NCBI GenBank assembly: GCA_963791935.1
Contig: CAWBUH010000009.1
Location: 57,108 to 121,107, forward strand
Length of the DNA stretch: 64,000 nucleotides
Source: Terriglobia bacterium
Lineage (GTDB): Bacteria > Acidobacteriota > Terriglobia > Bryobacterales > Bryobacteraceae
Direction of reading: 5' to 3'
Part shown: positions 37,578 to 47,294 of the stretch, in pieces
Numbering within the stretch: position 1 is the stretch's first letter
Layout: every line of letters starts with the position of its first letter
Translations under genes and position numbers: made by a program
The notes under the pieces: generated by a model
Seen by the model: only the letters and a program-made list of their open reading frames with translations
The model's database searches: none
Told to the model about the DNA's origin: nothing

Positions 37578-39905
37578 TCAGTTATCGGATTCGTCGGCAA
37601 CGCGCTCACTGGCGGCACTTGCTCCCGTGTCTTTCCAATTCCACTTGCTCGTGAGAGAAGGAAGTTGATGAGCCTCAGCGTATCGATTGCGGATCGAGAG
37701 AATGTCGGTAGCCCAAACATCTAGCGGGTAGTGGAGCTCGCGATACACCAGATAGCTCATGTCGATGGTGCGCATCGGTTGGTGATCCTTGACATCATCT
37801 ACCTTATCGAGGTACTTGCGGCCATTGGCTTCGGCAACACGAGGAAACCAGGATTTATACCATGTGTCCGTTGCATTCTGCAGCGCCTGGTTGCGAGCCT
37901 GCCAGATATTCTGAGCAATGTTGAGAGCTCGATCCAGTTCGGCTAAGGCTTTGGGCGGATCCGGTTTAGCGGCGGCCAGCCCGGCAGCATGCAGCGCATC
38001 GGAGATGCGTCCGAGATCCTGGATCATCACTAGATTCTGGCGATAAAGGCGGGCGATGGAGAGATAGACAGCGAGATTGTAGCGGTTGAACTGAACCTGG
38101 GCCAGGGCGGCGTAAAGCCGGTCCAGAAGTTCGTCGTTCTGCGCTAGAGCATTGCCGGCGCGTTCAACCAGCTCGGCATTTGCAGCCCGCCAATCGAAGG
38201 AGAGGTGAAGCAGATCACCCGAGGGGACGGGAAGGGGCGGGAGGAACTGATCGTGAGCAGGCTTGGGCGGATCGAAAATGCCGAACGAATTGCCCCAGAT
38301 GGGAGTGCGTGCGGAAGACGGACCGAGTTGCCACGTCGTCTCCCAGGTATCAGCCTGTTCGCACATGAGCTGATACAGGCGGCCGATGCCGGTGGATTGC
38401 GGACCATAGAAGAGTCGATAGAAGCTGGCGGCAGATTCGGATGGAGTGGGCGTCGCGCGATGCCAGGAGGGCGCGATGCCGGCGGCATAACCGAGCCACA
38501 TGGTTTCGGGATGTAAGCCGGGATCCGCCCATCCAGCAACAAAGATACCGGTGAGATCAGCCTGGTTTGGTTGAGCGCTGTCGGGGCGGGTTGAAGAGAG
38601 GCTGTCGAGTGAAGTGAAGGCGGCCTGTTGAAACATCTCAGCTAAGCGGCCGGCTCCAGTTGGGCCGGCAAAGTAGCGTGGAAAAAGCTGCTCTTCGGCG
38701 ACTGTGGACGTGTAGACCATCTGCCGGATACCGCGAGCGCGGAAGACGGGATCGAACTGCGGACCGTATAACTCGCCATTGATGAGGTGAGACGGAAGCG
38801 ACCCGATGTCGTCAGGCTTCATGGGGAACTCGCCCCAGAAGATGACGGTGCGGCCGCGATCGTGCAGGTAGCCGGCAGTTTTCGTGACGAACTCGGCGAA
38901 GAGCTTGCCGACACTGCCGAGCTGTTGGGCGCGCTCGGCTTCCTGGCATTGTGAGTTGTGGGCGAGACCAATGTAGTAGGGCTCGTCGGTCGAGAGAACG
39001 AAGTACTTGCCGCCTTTGTTGGCCGCCAGCAGGTCGTCGAACATGCCTTCAAGTTGGTGGAAGGTTTCCGGGTTGGTGGAGCAGAACTCGTAGTTGCTGT
39101 CGGGATACTCGCGTAGGGCGGCGTACTCGGGGTGTTTGAGGATGAAGGCAACATGAGCGGGCGCGTCCAGGTACGGAATGACCTGGACGTGGTATCGCAG
39201 ACCGTAGTCGGTGAGTTCCTGCAGTTCGGCCGGCGTGAGTGCGTACGGTTCAACGATCGGCGCGGCGTGGGCGTACTGGAAGTGGCCTTCCAGCTTAATG
39301 GAGAAGCCATTGATCTTGTAGAAGGACGCCTGCTTGAGAGCGGCTTTGAGGACGTCGAGATGCTCAAGGTGGTGCGCATCGTCCCAGTAGATGATTCGAA
39401 GACTGAGATCGGGCCAGTCTTCGATAGTGCTTTCCGGAAGCCACAGAGTGTTGTTTTGCGGCTTGAGCAATTGCACGAAGGTCTGAACGCCATAGAAGAG
39501 GCCGATGGCGCTGTTGCCGGTAATGGCAATGCGATCGGGTGTGAGTTCGAGGCGGTAGGCTTGCTCAGCGACAGACGCTTTGTCGCTGTCGGTAACAGCA
39601 TCCGGATGAACGGTGTTCGGTGCAATGGCGAGATGAAGGCTATGAGTATTGGCGCCTCCGGATAGCTGGAGATGGAAACGCTCGGCAAGCAGGCCGGTCA
39701 GGCTTTGCACGGCCATGTCGGAGCCCGCGACCCCGGAACCGAGCGAGAGACGGTAGCCGGCCGTGAATGCGAAATCGTGCGGGGCCAACTGCACGCGCTG
39801 CGGGGCAGGCAGCACCGTGTAGCCGCGCCCAAACAACGGCGAGATCGTTTCCGCCTGTAGCGTCAGACTTGTCAGGCAGAGAAGAAGCGGAATCTTACAA
39901 CTCAT
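37578..39905 (-). CDS. Secreted GH20-like (beta-N-acetylhexosaminidase-like) glycoside hydrolase, downstream tandem copy
   Basis: The ATG at 39905 gives the signal peptide MSCKIPLLLCLTSLTLQA. GH20-like blocks are present: ..LTPAELQELTDYGLRYHVQVIPYLDAPAHVAFILKHPEY.. (compare VIPEIDxPGH) and ..YFVLSTDEPYY.. (compare HIGGDE). The C-terminal domain is long and helical. Confidence 0.65.
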   Translation of the reverse strand: MSCKIPLLLCLTSLTLQAETISPLFGRGYTVLPAPQRVQLAPHDFAFTAGYRLSLGSGVAGSDMAVQSLTGLLAERFHLQLSGGANTHSLHLAIAPNTVHPDAVTDSDKASVAEQAYRLELTPDRIAITGNSAIGLFYGVQTFVQLLKPQNNTLWLPESTIEDWPDLSLRIIYWDDAHHLEHLDVLKAALKQASFYKINGFSIKLEGHFQYAHAAPIVEPYALTPAELQELTDYGLRYHVQVIPYLDAPAHVAFILKHPEYAALREYPDSNYEFCSTNPETFHQLEGMFDDLLAANKGGKYFVLSTDEPYYIGLAHNSQCQEAERAQQLGSVGKLFAEFVTKTAGYLHDRGRTVIFWGEFPMKPDDIGSLPSHLINGELYGPQFDPVFRARGIRQMVYTSTVAEEQLFPRYFAGPTGAGRLAEMFQQAAFTSLDSLSSTRPDSAQPNQADLTGIFVAGWADPGLHPETMWLGYAAGIAPSWHRATPTPSESAASFYRLFYGPQSTGIGRLYQLMCEQADTWETTWQLGPSSARTPIWGNSFGIFDPPKPAHDQFLPPLPVPSGDLLHLSFDWRAANAELVERAGNALAQNDELLDRLYAALAQVQFNRYNLAVYLSIARLYRQNLVMIQDLGRISDALHAAGLAAAKPDPPKALAELDRALNIAQNIWQARNQALQNATDTWYKSWFPRVAEANGRKYLDKVDDVKDHQPMRTIDMSYLVYRELHYPLDVWATDILSIRNRYAEAHQLPSLTSKWNWKDTGASAASERVADESDN
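38800..39887. repeat. Direct repeat copy 1 (1,088 bp), internal to the GH20-like gene
   Basis: Matches 41111..42198 at a constant offset of 2311. By eye, and from identical or near-identical ORF-track translations, I found one mismatch (38952 t versus 41263 c). Confidence 0.9.
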
Positions 39906-42237
39906 TCGGTTGGTCCCTCGGTGTTTTTCCAATCAAGGTTGAAGGCTCGCGCAGGTAGATGATGCGTTTCGGCGTAGCTGTTTCGCGTCGCGAGCGTGGC
40001 GCGTGCCCAATCGTCAAACGGATAAAGCAGCTCGCGATAGACCAGATAACTGAGGTCGACCGTCCGAACAGGCAGGTGATCTTTTACGTCGTCGACCCTG
40101 TCGAGGAATTGCGGCCATTCGCTTCAGCCACGCGAGGAAACCACTGTTCATACCATGTGCCGGCAGTGTCGGCGAGGGCGGTATTGCGCTCGTGACGGAT
40201 GTTCTGCGCGATGTCGAGCGCCTGATCCAGGGCTGAAATTGCGCGAACGCTCTCATTCGTTGCAGCGGCTTCCGAAGCAGCCCGCAGGCTGCCTTCGATC
40301 CTGGCCATTGAGGAAAGCAAATCAAGGTTCTGCCGGTAGAGCCTTGCGATGGTGAGAAAAATCTGCAGATTGTACTGCTGAAACTGGACGCGTGCAAGAT
40401 TGCCGTTGAGAAGGTCGAGCAGTTCGTCGTTGGCAGCGAAAAATCTACCCGCCATTTTGAGCCGCTGTAGATTTTGGACTTGCCAATCGGAGGTCAACGT
40501 AAGCTGAGGCAATTGAGGCACGGGCAGAGACGGCAATGTTTGATCGGAGGCGGGGTGCGGGACGGTGTAAATAATGTTCCAATCGCCCCAGTAAGGTGTA
40601 CGCGCGGAGGATGCTTTCACATCCCAACTCTCCTTCCAGAATTGTGCCTGCTCACTCATGAGCTGATACAGGCGGCCGATGTCTGATGCGCCCGGGCCGT
40701 AGAACAGTTTGTAGAACGTGCTCATCAACTCCCGGGACCCAGGGGCACCCGGGTGCCATACTGCCGCCGACCCGGTAGTGTAGCCGAGCCACATCGTTTC
40801 GGGATGCAGACCCACATCCGCCCAGCCTGCAATGAAACTTCCGATAAGATTTGCTCGTTGACGTGCGGCGTTGAAAGAGATGAAGTCGTACATGTCGTCA
40901 ACCACGCCGGGCCCCTGCGTAACTGGTTCGTACGTGCCGCCGCTCGGTCCAGCCTGATGTTCCGCTTGAGGAAGCAGGTAGTAATTGGGAAAGAGATATT
41001 CCTTCCAGCCGACCGTTGAAGTGAAGAGCAGCTGACGAAAACCGTGGGCTTTGAATTTCGGATCGAAGTCTGGACCGTAAACTTCACCGTTAACCATGTA
41101 TTTCGGGAATGACCCGATGTCGTCAGGCTTCATGGGGAACTCGCCCCAGAAGATGACGGTGCGGCCGCGATCGTGCAGGTAGCCGGCAGTTTTCGTGACG
41201 AACTCGGCGAAGAGCTTGCCGACACTGCCGAGCTGTTGGGCGCGCTCGGCTTCCTGGCATTGCGAGTTGTGGGCGAGACCAATGTAGTAGGGCTCGTCGG
41301 TCGAGAGAACGAAGTACTTGCCGCCTTTGTTGGCCGCCAGCAGGTCGTCGAACATGCCTTCAAGTTGGTGGAAGGTTTCCGGGTTGGTGGAGCAGAACTC
41401 GTAGTTGCTGTCGGGATACTCGCGTAGGGCGGCGTACTCGGGGTGTTTGAGGATGAAGGCAACATGAGCGGGCGCGTCCAGGTACGGAATGACCTGGACG
41501 TGGTATCGCAGACCGTAGTCGGTGAGTTCCTGCAGTTCGGCCGGCGTGAGTGCGTACGGTTCAACGATCGGCGCGGCGTGGGCGTACTGGAAGTGGCCTT
41601 CCAGCTTAATGGAGAAGCCATTGATCTTGTAGAAGGACGCCTGCTTGAGAGCGGCTTTGAGGACGTCGAGATGCTCAAGGTGGTGCGCATCGTCCCAGTA
41701 GATGATTCGAAGACTGAGATCGGGCCAGTCTTCGATAGTGCTTTCCGGAAGCCACAGAGTGTTGTTTTGCGGCTTGAGCAATTGCACGAAGGTCTGAACG
41801 CCATAGAAGAGGCCGATGGCGCTGTTGCCGGTAATGGCAATGCGATCGGGTGTGAGTTCGAGGCGGTAGGCTTGCTCAGCGACAGACGCTTTGTCGCTGT
41901 CGGTAACAGCATCCGGATGAACGGTGTTCGGTGCAATGGCGAGATGAAGGCTATGAGTATTGGCGCCTCCGGATAGCTGGAGATGGAAACGCTCGGCAAG
42001 CAGGCCGGTCAGGCTTTGCACGGCCATGTCGGAGCCCGCGACCCCGGAACCGAGCGAGAGACGGTAGCCGGCCGTGAATGCGAAATCGTGCGGGGCCAAC
42101 TGCACGCGCTGCGGGGCAGGCAGCACCGTGTAGCCGCGCCCAAACAACGGCGAGATCGTTTCCGCCTGTAGCGTCAGACTTGTCAGGCAGAGAAGAAGAA
42201 CAAGGGGAAAGGCTTGCAACGTACTCCTCGAAGTCAC
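39902..42237 (-). pseudogene. Secreted GH20-like glycoside hydrolase, upstream tandem copy, with a 1-nt frameshift near its 3' end
   Basis: The annotated ORF ends at 40084 (..PRVAEANGRNSSTGSTT*). A shift of one base near 40107-40112 continues as FLDRVDDVKDHLPVRTVDLSYLVYRELLYPFDDW.., collinear with the paralog, down to the TGA at 39904..39902. The probable start is GTG 42237 (MTSRSTLQAFPLVLLLCLTSLTLQA); the longest ORF starts at 42318. Confidence 0.65.
41111..42198. repeat. Direct repeat copy 2 (1,088 bp), internal to the GH20-like gene
   Basis: See copy 1. The flanks diverge abruptly on both sides. Confidence 0.9.
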
Positions 42238-42326
42238 GAGTGTTGCCGCCGCGGACCGGTAATCAAGATACCCGGTCAAGGCCGATTTATCAGAAACGTT
42301 TTGAGTGGCACCGATCACAGGTGAGT

Positions 42327-43664
42327 TCAGAGACCATCCTTCTCTGGAGTTTTAAGCAACAAGACAAATTCGTTCTCTTCGGCATGGGACTTATTCTTGA
42401 GCTGCTCGAAGGTTCGAAGGAGGCGCGCTGCTTCGGCGGTTTTGCCTCCGCGGCGATAGAGCAGTGCGAGGCGATAGAAGGAAGATGGCTCGTTGGGATC
42501 AACCTCAATCGCCTGGCGGAGCTGCGCTTCCGCACCGGCTACAGCACCCCCGGCGAGTTCGGCTTCAGCCAACGCGACGCGGACTTTCGCAACGTGCGGC
42601 GCGAGTTCAATCGCCCGGTGAAGATCAAGTGTCTCTGCTTCACGTGCCTCCACATTGCTTTCGGAATGAGAGCGTTTTAATGCGATCGCATGAAGATAGA
42701 AGCAGCGGTAGTCATCAGGCGCAAGCTCCTTTGCTGTGCGGAAGCAGTCAGCGGCGGCCGCGGCTTTTCCGGTCTGCAGATCGGTAACGCCCAAGGCGAG
42801 CAGTGGAAGCGGCCAGCCTGGTTGCGCGGAGTTTGCGCTTTCGAACCACGGGCGCGCTCGTTCAAAATCACCCTGCATGGCCCATGCTAAGCCCATTTCA
42901 AGCAGAAGTTTCGGGGACTTCGGAAGCTGTCCAAGGCCTTCCTGGAGTACTTTGCGAGCATAAGCAGGGTTGCCGTGATCAAGCGAAAAGCTGGCCACAG
43001 CGATGTAGTTGTCATCCGATATCGGTTCGGCCTTAACCGCCGTTGAGAAGGCAGCTAAAGCCTTGTCAGGCTGTTGAAGCTGGTCATAGGCGGCGCCCAA
43101 CCACCGATAGGTCTGCGCGTCGTGAACTCCGGAAGCGATGCGAGCTTCGAGCAGTGGGCGGGCCGCTTCAGCGCGGTGAGACGCCAGGAATGTTTCGATA
43201 ACGAGCGGCAGCGTTTCGGGATTTGCGGTGGCGCTCGTGCCGGCACGCTCGAAGTGAGAAGCGGCGGACTCTGCGTCCTTGTTCTCGTAAGCGTTCAGAG
43301 CTAAATAGAGCTGCGGCACTGGATCCGCGGGAATCGCCCTTTCGAGCGATTCGAAGAGGGTAATCGATTCCTTCTTTTCACCAAGGAACCAAAGCACGGT
43401 GGCAAGATTCTTGCGAGCCGAAAGACGAGAGCCGTCGATGTTGACGGCTTTGCGAAAGTAAACTGCCGCTTCCGCGAGATCGTTGAGCCGTGTGTAGGCA
43501 ACGCCGATTTGTTCACAGAGGAGAGCATTCTGCGGATCTTTCTCTTGCTGTTCCAACAAATGGTCAAGCGTGGCACTTTGCGCAACCGCACGCAGCGGGT
43601 GGAACAGAGCGCCTGAAACCAGAGCCGCAGCCGCCACAATTCTAATCAGACGGCGAGCTACCAC
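42327..43664 (-). CDS. Secreted tetratricopeptide-repeat (TPR) protein
   Basis: Signal peptide followed by repeated TPR-like A/Y/L patterns (..GVAYTRLNDLAEAAVYFRKAV.., ..LALLYRRGGKTAEAARL..). The GTG start overlaps the TBDR stop (GTGGTAG). Confidence 0.8.
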   Translation of the reverse strand: MVARRLIRIVAAAALVSGALFHPLRAVAQSATLDHLLEQQEKDPQNALLCEQIGVAYTRLNDLAEAAVYFRKAVNIDGSRLSARKNLATVLWFLGEKKESITLFESLERAIPADPVPQLYLALNAYENKDAESAASHFERAGTSATANPETLPLVIETFLASHRAEAARPLLEARIASGVHDAQTYRWLGAAYDQLQQPDKALAAFSTAVKAEPISDDNYIAVASFSLDHGNPAYARKVLQEGLGQLPKSPKLLLEMGLAWAMQGDFERARPWFESANSAQPGWPLPLLALGVTDLQTGKAAAAADCFRTAKELAPDDYRCFYLHAIALKRSHSESNVEAREAETLDLHRAIELAPHVAKVRVALAEAELAGGAVAGAEAQLRQAIEVDPNEPSSFYRLALLYRRGGKTAEAARLLRTFEQLKNKSHAEENEFVLLLKTPEKDGL

Positions 43665-46600
43665 AGAAGCTTCAGCGCGAATTGGATCTGTCGTCCCGTA
43701 CCGGAGACCGTGGATTGAATCCGGCCGAAGGCGCCCCCGTTAGCAAGTGTCCCGTCAGGATTTACGACCGCGGAGTTGGCGTAAGAATTAGGCAGCGCAA
43801 AGTTGACCTGGTTAAAGAGGTTGAACATCTCTGCGCGGAACTGAAGGCTGGTTCGTTCGCGCAGCCGTATGTTGCGCAAAACGGAAAAATCAGTGTTGAC
43901 GAATGCAGGACCGCTGATGAGTCCGCGTCCGGAATTGCCGTACGTGCCTGCTGGCACCTCGTTGGGGTTGACGAAAGCGGCAGCATTGAAAAAGTCGTTG
44001 ACGAAGGAATTGCGGTTCGGGTGATCGAGCACGATCGTGCTGCGGGTAGCGCCATTCGCAAGCTGCGCGTGCTGCTGGCTGTTCTGCGTCCCATCGAGCG
44101 CCACATCCTGGCCTTGCCAGAAAGTTATGGGTAAACCGCTCTGGACACTCTGAATCGCCGTGAAGGTCCAGCCGCCGAGAATGCTGTTGGCCCAGCGATT
44201 TGAGAGATGAAAGGAAGGTGAATAGAGCCACGAAGCAACGAAGGAGTGACGCCGATCCCAATCGGAGCGACCAACCTCCTGGTGCAGGTTGAACGGATTA
44301 GCGACTTGCGCGCCGAGATTATCCGTCGAACTGCTGTCAATCGATTTCGCCAGCGTATAGGAGCCGATAACAGAGAGCCCCTGGCTGAAGCGTTTGGTGA
44401 CCTGGACTTGCAAACTGTGGTACCAACTTCGAAAATCGTTGCCAAGCAGATACTCCTGAGGACCAAGAATCCCGGGTTCATAGATGACGCGATCAGCCGC
44501 ATTCGCTTCGGACGGAGGTGCACCCGTGGCCGGGTCGTTGATAAAACGCGCCGGGTTATAGGTACGGAGAGCTTCGATTTTCGTTCCGATCTTACCGGCA
44601 TACGACGCCTCGATCATTGTGCTCGAGGTGAGCTGGTGCTGAATGGAAAAGGTCCATTCCTGGATGTAAGGAGCGACCAGGTTGGAAGCTGTGAACACGC
44701 CCGAGATAGGCAATGGGAAAAGCGGGCAGCTATAGCCGGGATAGGTAGCAATCTTTGTGCAACCGAACTGCCCACTCGGCGCTACCGGCGGGGCAGTCAG
44801 GCCCACGGAACCAAACGGGTCAAGCGCATTGCCGCCCGATGCTGCCAGAAAACCGGCGAACGGCGGATTTTCCTGCGCGATCGAGTCGGCGTTAATGCTC
44901 TCGTAGAACCAACCGTAACCGGCACGCACGCTAGTCTTTCCCGTGCCGAAGACATCCCATGCGAGACCGATGCGCGGCGCAAAGTTATTTAGATCCGGAG
45001 AGTTCAGGCCGCGAGTAATGCCTTTATCGCCCGGAAATACGATGCCGGGAGGTGCGTCAGGCACCCTGGTCGACTGCTGGCCAACGCGCACCGTATCGAT
45101 GAGATTGTTCTTCTCGACCCACGGCAGAAATGGCTCGTAGCGCAAGCCGAGGGTGAGCGTGAAGCGCGGATTGATTTTGAATTCGTCCTGCGCGTAAAAC
45201 GAATTGAAGGTCGTATAGGCATTCGTGTTGCGCACGCCGAAAGCGATGTTGGTGTTATCGAACGCGCCGAGCATGAAGTCCGCCACCGGATCGCCGCTGC
45301 GGGTGCCGTCGAAGGTCATGCTGGGCGCTTCGATAAAGATCTGGTGAAAGTTCAGGAACAGAGAATCGAAGCCGAACTTGAAACTGTGCCGACCCTTGAT
45401 CCAGGTCAAGTTATCACGTGCCTGGTAGTTCAATCCCGAAAAAGTCGTAGGCGTGCTCGTCCCCAGCGAGACAAGGCTGCCGCCGCCGCCGATATTAATC
45501 GTCAACCCGCCGTTTGGCAAGTACTGGGGCAGATTGATGTTGAGGCTGCTCGGGTCGATAGTTTTATTGTTCTGCTCGTCAGAACTGCTGTTAAGAACAG
45601 AGAAAATGGCTTGATTGATGAGGTTCGGCGACAACGAGTATGTGTCGTTGATCGTGCCGTTCTTGCTTGCCACTGTGAAACCCGTATTGATATATCCGGG
45701 GAGATTGCCTCCGGCGAAAGGGTCGGTGCTGTTGTTCTCATTCTGGTAATAGTGGCCGAAAATGTGATGGCGATCGTTCTGGTTCCAATCGACACGCACC
45801 TCGCCGAGATTTTGGGTGATCGGACTTGAACCCAGAGAGACAACCTGCCCGGAGGCCGATTGCGGAATGTATTGCAGGAGCTTGAGAGCGACAGGACTGA
45901 TACAGCCCGGAGCGATAACGTTGTTCGAGACACAAGGACGGCCAGACGAATCGGTCATACCGTTGCCTGTGAGCGGATTGTTGGGATTTGTGAGCGAGAG
46001 GCCAAGGCCAGTGAAATTTCCATTTCGCTCTGCGGCGGAGGGCACGGTGGCTACTTTACTTTCTGCTTCCTGGTGATTTCGCAGACCCTCATAAGAGCCG
46101 AAGATGAAGAGCTTGTTTTTGCGGATAGGACCGCCTGCAGCGCCGCCAAACTGATTCTGACGCTCGGCGGGAACACTGGGTGCAAAGAAGTCTCGCGCAT
46201 TGAGCGCGTTGTTGCGAAGAAATTCCCATGCCGCGCCATGAAAGTCGTTGGTGCCCGCCTTTGAGAGCACCTCAACCTGAGAACCCGGGCTGTGTCCATA
46301 TTCGGCATTGAAGTTCTGCGTGAGGATACGAACTTCCTGAATGGCGTCGGGCGGCGGATAATTGATTCCGGTGTTGCGCGACGAGTTGTTGAAGTAACCG
46401 CCGTCGAGCGTAAACAGATTCATATTCGGACGGCCACCGTTCACATCCATGGTTGGACCACCGCGCGCATCGCCCATCGACTGAGGAGCACTGACATTGC
46501 TGACGCCCGGAAGAATCGCAGCCAGGCCCATAATATTGCGACCATTGAGAGGAAGATCGACCACGCGCCGGTCGTCGATCAGGCCGGAAAGCGTCGACGA

Positions 46601-47041
46601 AACTGTATCCACCAGTGGCGCGGCGGTGCCGACGTCGACCTTCGTCTGGACGGAGCCAATCGTCAGATCGGCATCGACACGAAGATCCTGACTGACCGTG
46701 ACTTGCAGACCGGAACGTACTTGTGTGGCAAACCCTTTCGACCCAAAAGAGAGCTCGTAATGCCCGGGCAGAAGGCCGACAAAGCTGTAGAAGCCTTCGC
46801 CATTGGTCTGAGCGGTTCGGCTGGTCTTCTGTTCGGCCATAACGGCCGTGACGGTCGCATTCGGAAGTGCCGCCCCGCTAGCGTCCTTGACAAAGCCCGA
46901 GATGTTGCCGGCGGACTGTGCGGAAGCAGGACGAGCGGAACAGAGCACTAGCAGGCTGAGCGCAAAACAAGCAGCAAGCCTTCCAGTGCAATTGGCGAGC
47001 CTGGAGGAAGAGGCTGCTTTTCGTAAATCGACAGGTCCCAT
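43658..47041 (-). CDS. TonB-dependent receptor with N-terminal carboxypeptidase-regulatory-like domain
   Basis: ..GNISGFVKDASGAALPNATVTAVMAEQKTSRTAQTNGEGFYSFVGLLPGHYELSFGSKGF.., LNGRNI, and a barrel ending ..FALKLLW. Confidence 0.9.
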   Translation of the reverse strand: MGPVDLRKAASSSRLANCTGRLAACFALSLLVLCSARPASAQSAGNISGFVKDASGAALPNATVTAVMAEQKTSRTAQTNGEGFYSFVGLLPGHYELSFGSKGFATQVRSGLQVTVSQDLRVDADLTIGSVQTKVDVGTAAPLVDTVSSTLSGLIDDRRVVDLPLNGRNIMGLAAILPGVSNVSAPQSMGDARGGPTMDVNGGRPNMNLFTLDGGYFNNSSRNTGINYPPPDAIQEVRILTQNFNAEYGHSPGSQVEVLSKAGTNDFHGAAWEFLRNNALNARDFFAPSVPAERQNQFGGAAGGPIRKNKLFIFGSYEGLRNHQEAESKVATVPSAAERNGNFTGLGLSLTNPNNPLTGNGMTDSSGRPCVSNNVIAPGCISPVALKLLQYIPQSASGQVVSLGSSPITQNLGEVRVDWNQNDRHHIFGHYYQNENNSTDPFAGGNLPGYINTGFTVASKNGTINDTYSLSPNLINQAIFSVLNSSSDEQNNKTIDPSSLNINLPQYLPNGGLTINIGGGGSLVSLGTSTPTTFSGLNYQARDNLTWIKGRHSFKFGFDSLFLNFHQIFIEAPSMTFDGTRSGDPVADFMLGAFDNTNIAFGVRNTNAYTTFNSFYAQDEFKINPRFTLTLGLRYEPFLPWVEKNNLIDTVRVGQQSTRVPDAPPGIVFPGDKGITRGLNSPDLNNFAPRIGLAWDVFGTGKTSVRAGYGWFYESINADSIAQENPPFAGFLAASGGNALDPFGSVGLTAPPVAPSGQFGCTKIATYPGYSCPLFPLPISGVFTASNLVAPYIQEWTFSIQHQLTSSTMIEASYAGKIGTKIEALRTYNPARFINDPATGAPPSEANAADRVIYEPGILGPQEYLLGNDFRSWYHSLQVQVTKRFSQGLSVIGSYTLAKSIDSSSTDNLGAQVANPFNLHQEVGRSDWDRRHSFVASWLYSPSFHLSNRWANSILGGWTFTAIQSVQSGLPITFWQGQDVALDGTQNSQQHAQLANGATRSTIVLDHPNRNSFVNDFFNAAAFVNPNEVPAGTYGNSGRGLISGPAFVNTDFSVLRNIRLRERTSLQFRAEMFNLFNQVNFALPNSYANSAVVNPDGTLANGGAFGRIQSTVSGTGRQIQFALKLLW

Positions 47042-47294
47042 TTGGCGAATTCTCCTTAGCAGAAGGGTGGCGGAGACGCATGGCTCCGGGCGTTACGTGG
47101 AAAAAGCTGGCGGCAGCGAAGGGAAGAGTTTAGAATACTTTCTTGCAAGCCACACAAAAGGTTTCTCAAAGCGTACACCTAGCCGGATTTCCTGTCAACG
47201 ATTTCGAATGCGGCAGCCTCGGGCTTCCTGTCACGCCAAGGGAAATCAGATTTTTGGCGAAGCGGATTAGCCGTTTGAATGGAGGAGGGTGACA

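Noticed and set aside
38819-39688. A 289-aa ORF, with its twin at 41130..41999, lies on the same strand but in an alternative frame inside the GH20-like genes.
   Set aside because: The translation is low-complexity and P/S/T/R-rich, as expected for an off-frame reading of GC-rich coding DNA. The primary frame carries clear GH20-like motifs. The duplication of the ORF simply reflects the 1,088-bp repeat.
38800-42198. The 2.3-kb-period repeat could be an insertion sequence or other mobile element.
   Set aside because: The repeated tract is entirely internal to two paralogous hydrolase genes. It has no terminal inverted repeats, no transposase or integrase ORF and no target-site duplication that I could see.
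47189-47233. A direct 9-mer repeat, ttcctgtca (47189-47197 and 47225-47233), lies in the TBDR / deacetylase-like divergent intergenic region.
   Set aside because: A single 9-mer recurrence in about 250 bp is not far from chance, and no regulator gene is adjacent. I noted it but did not call it a binding site.
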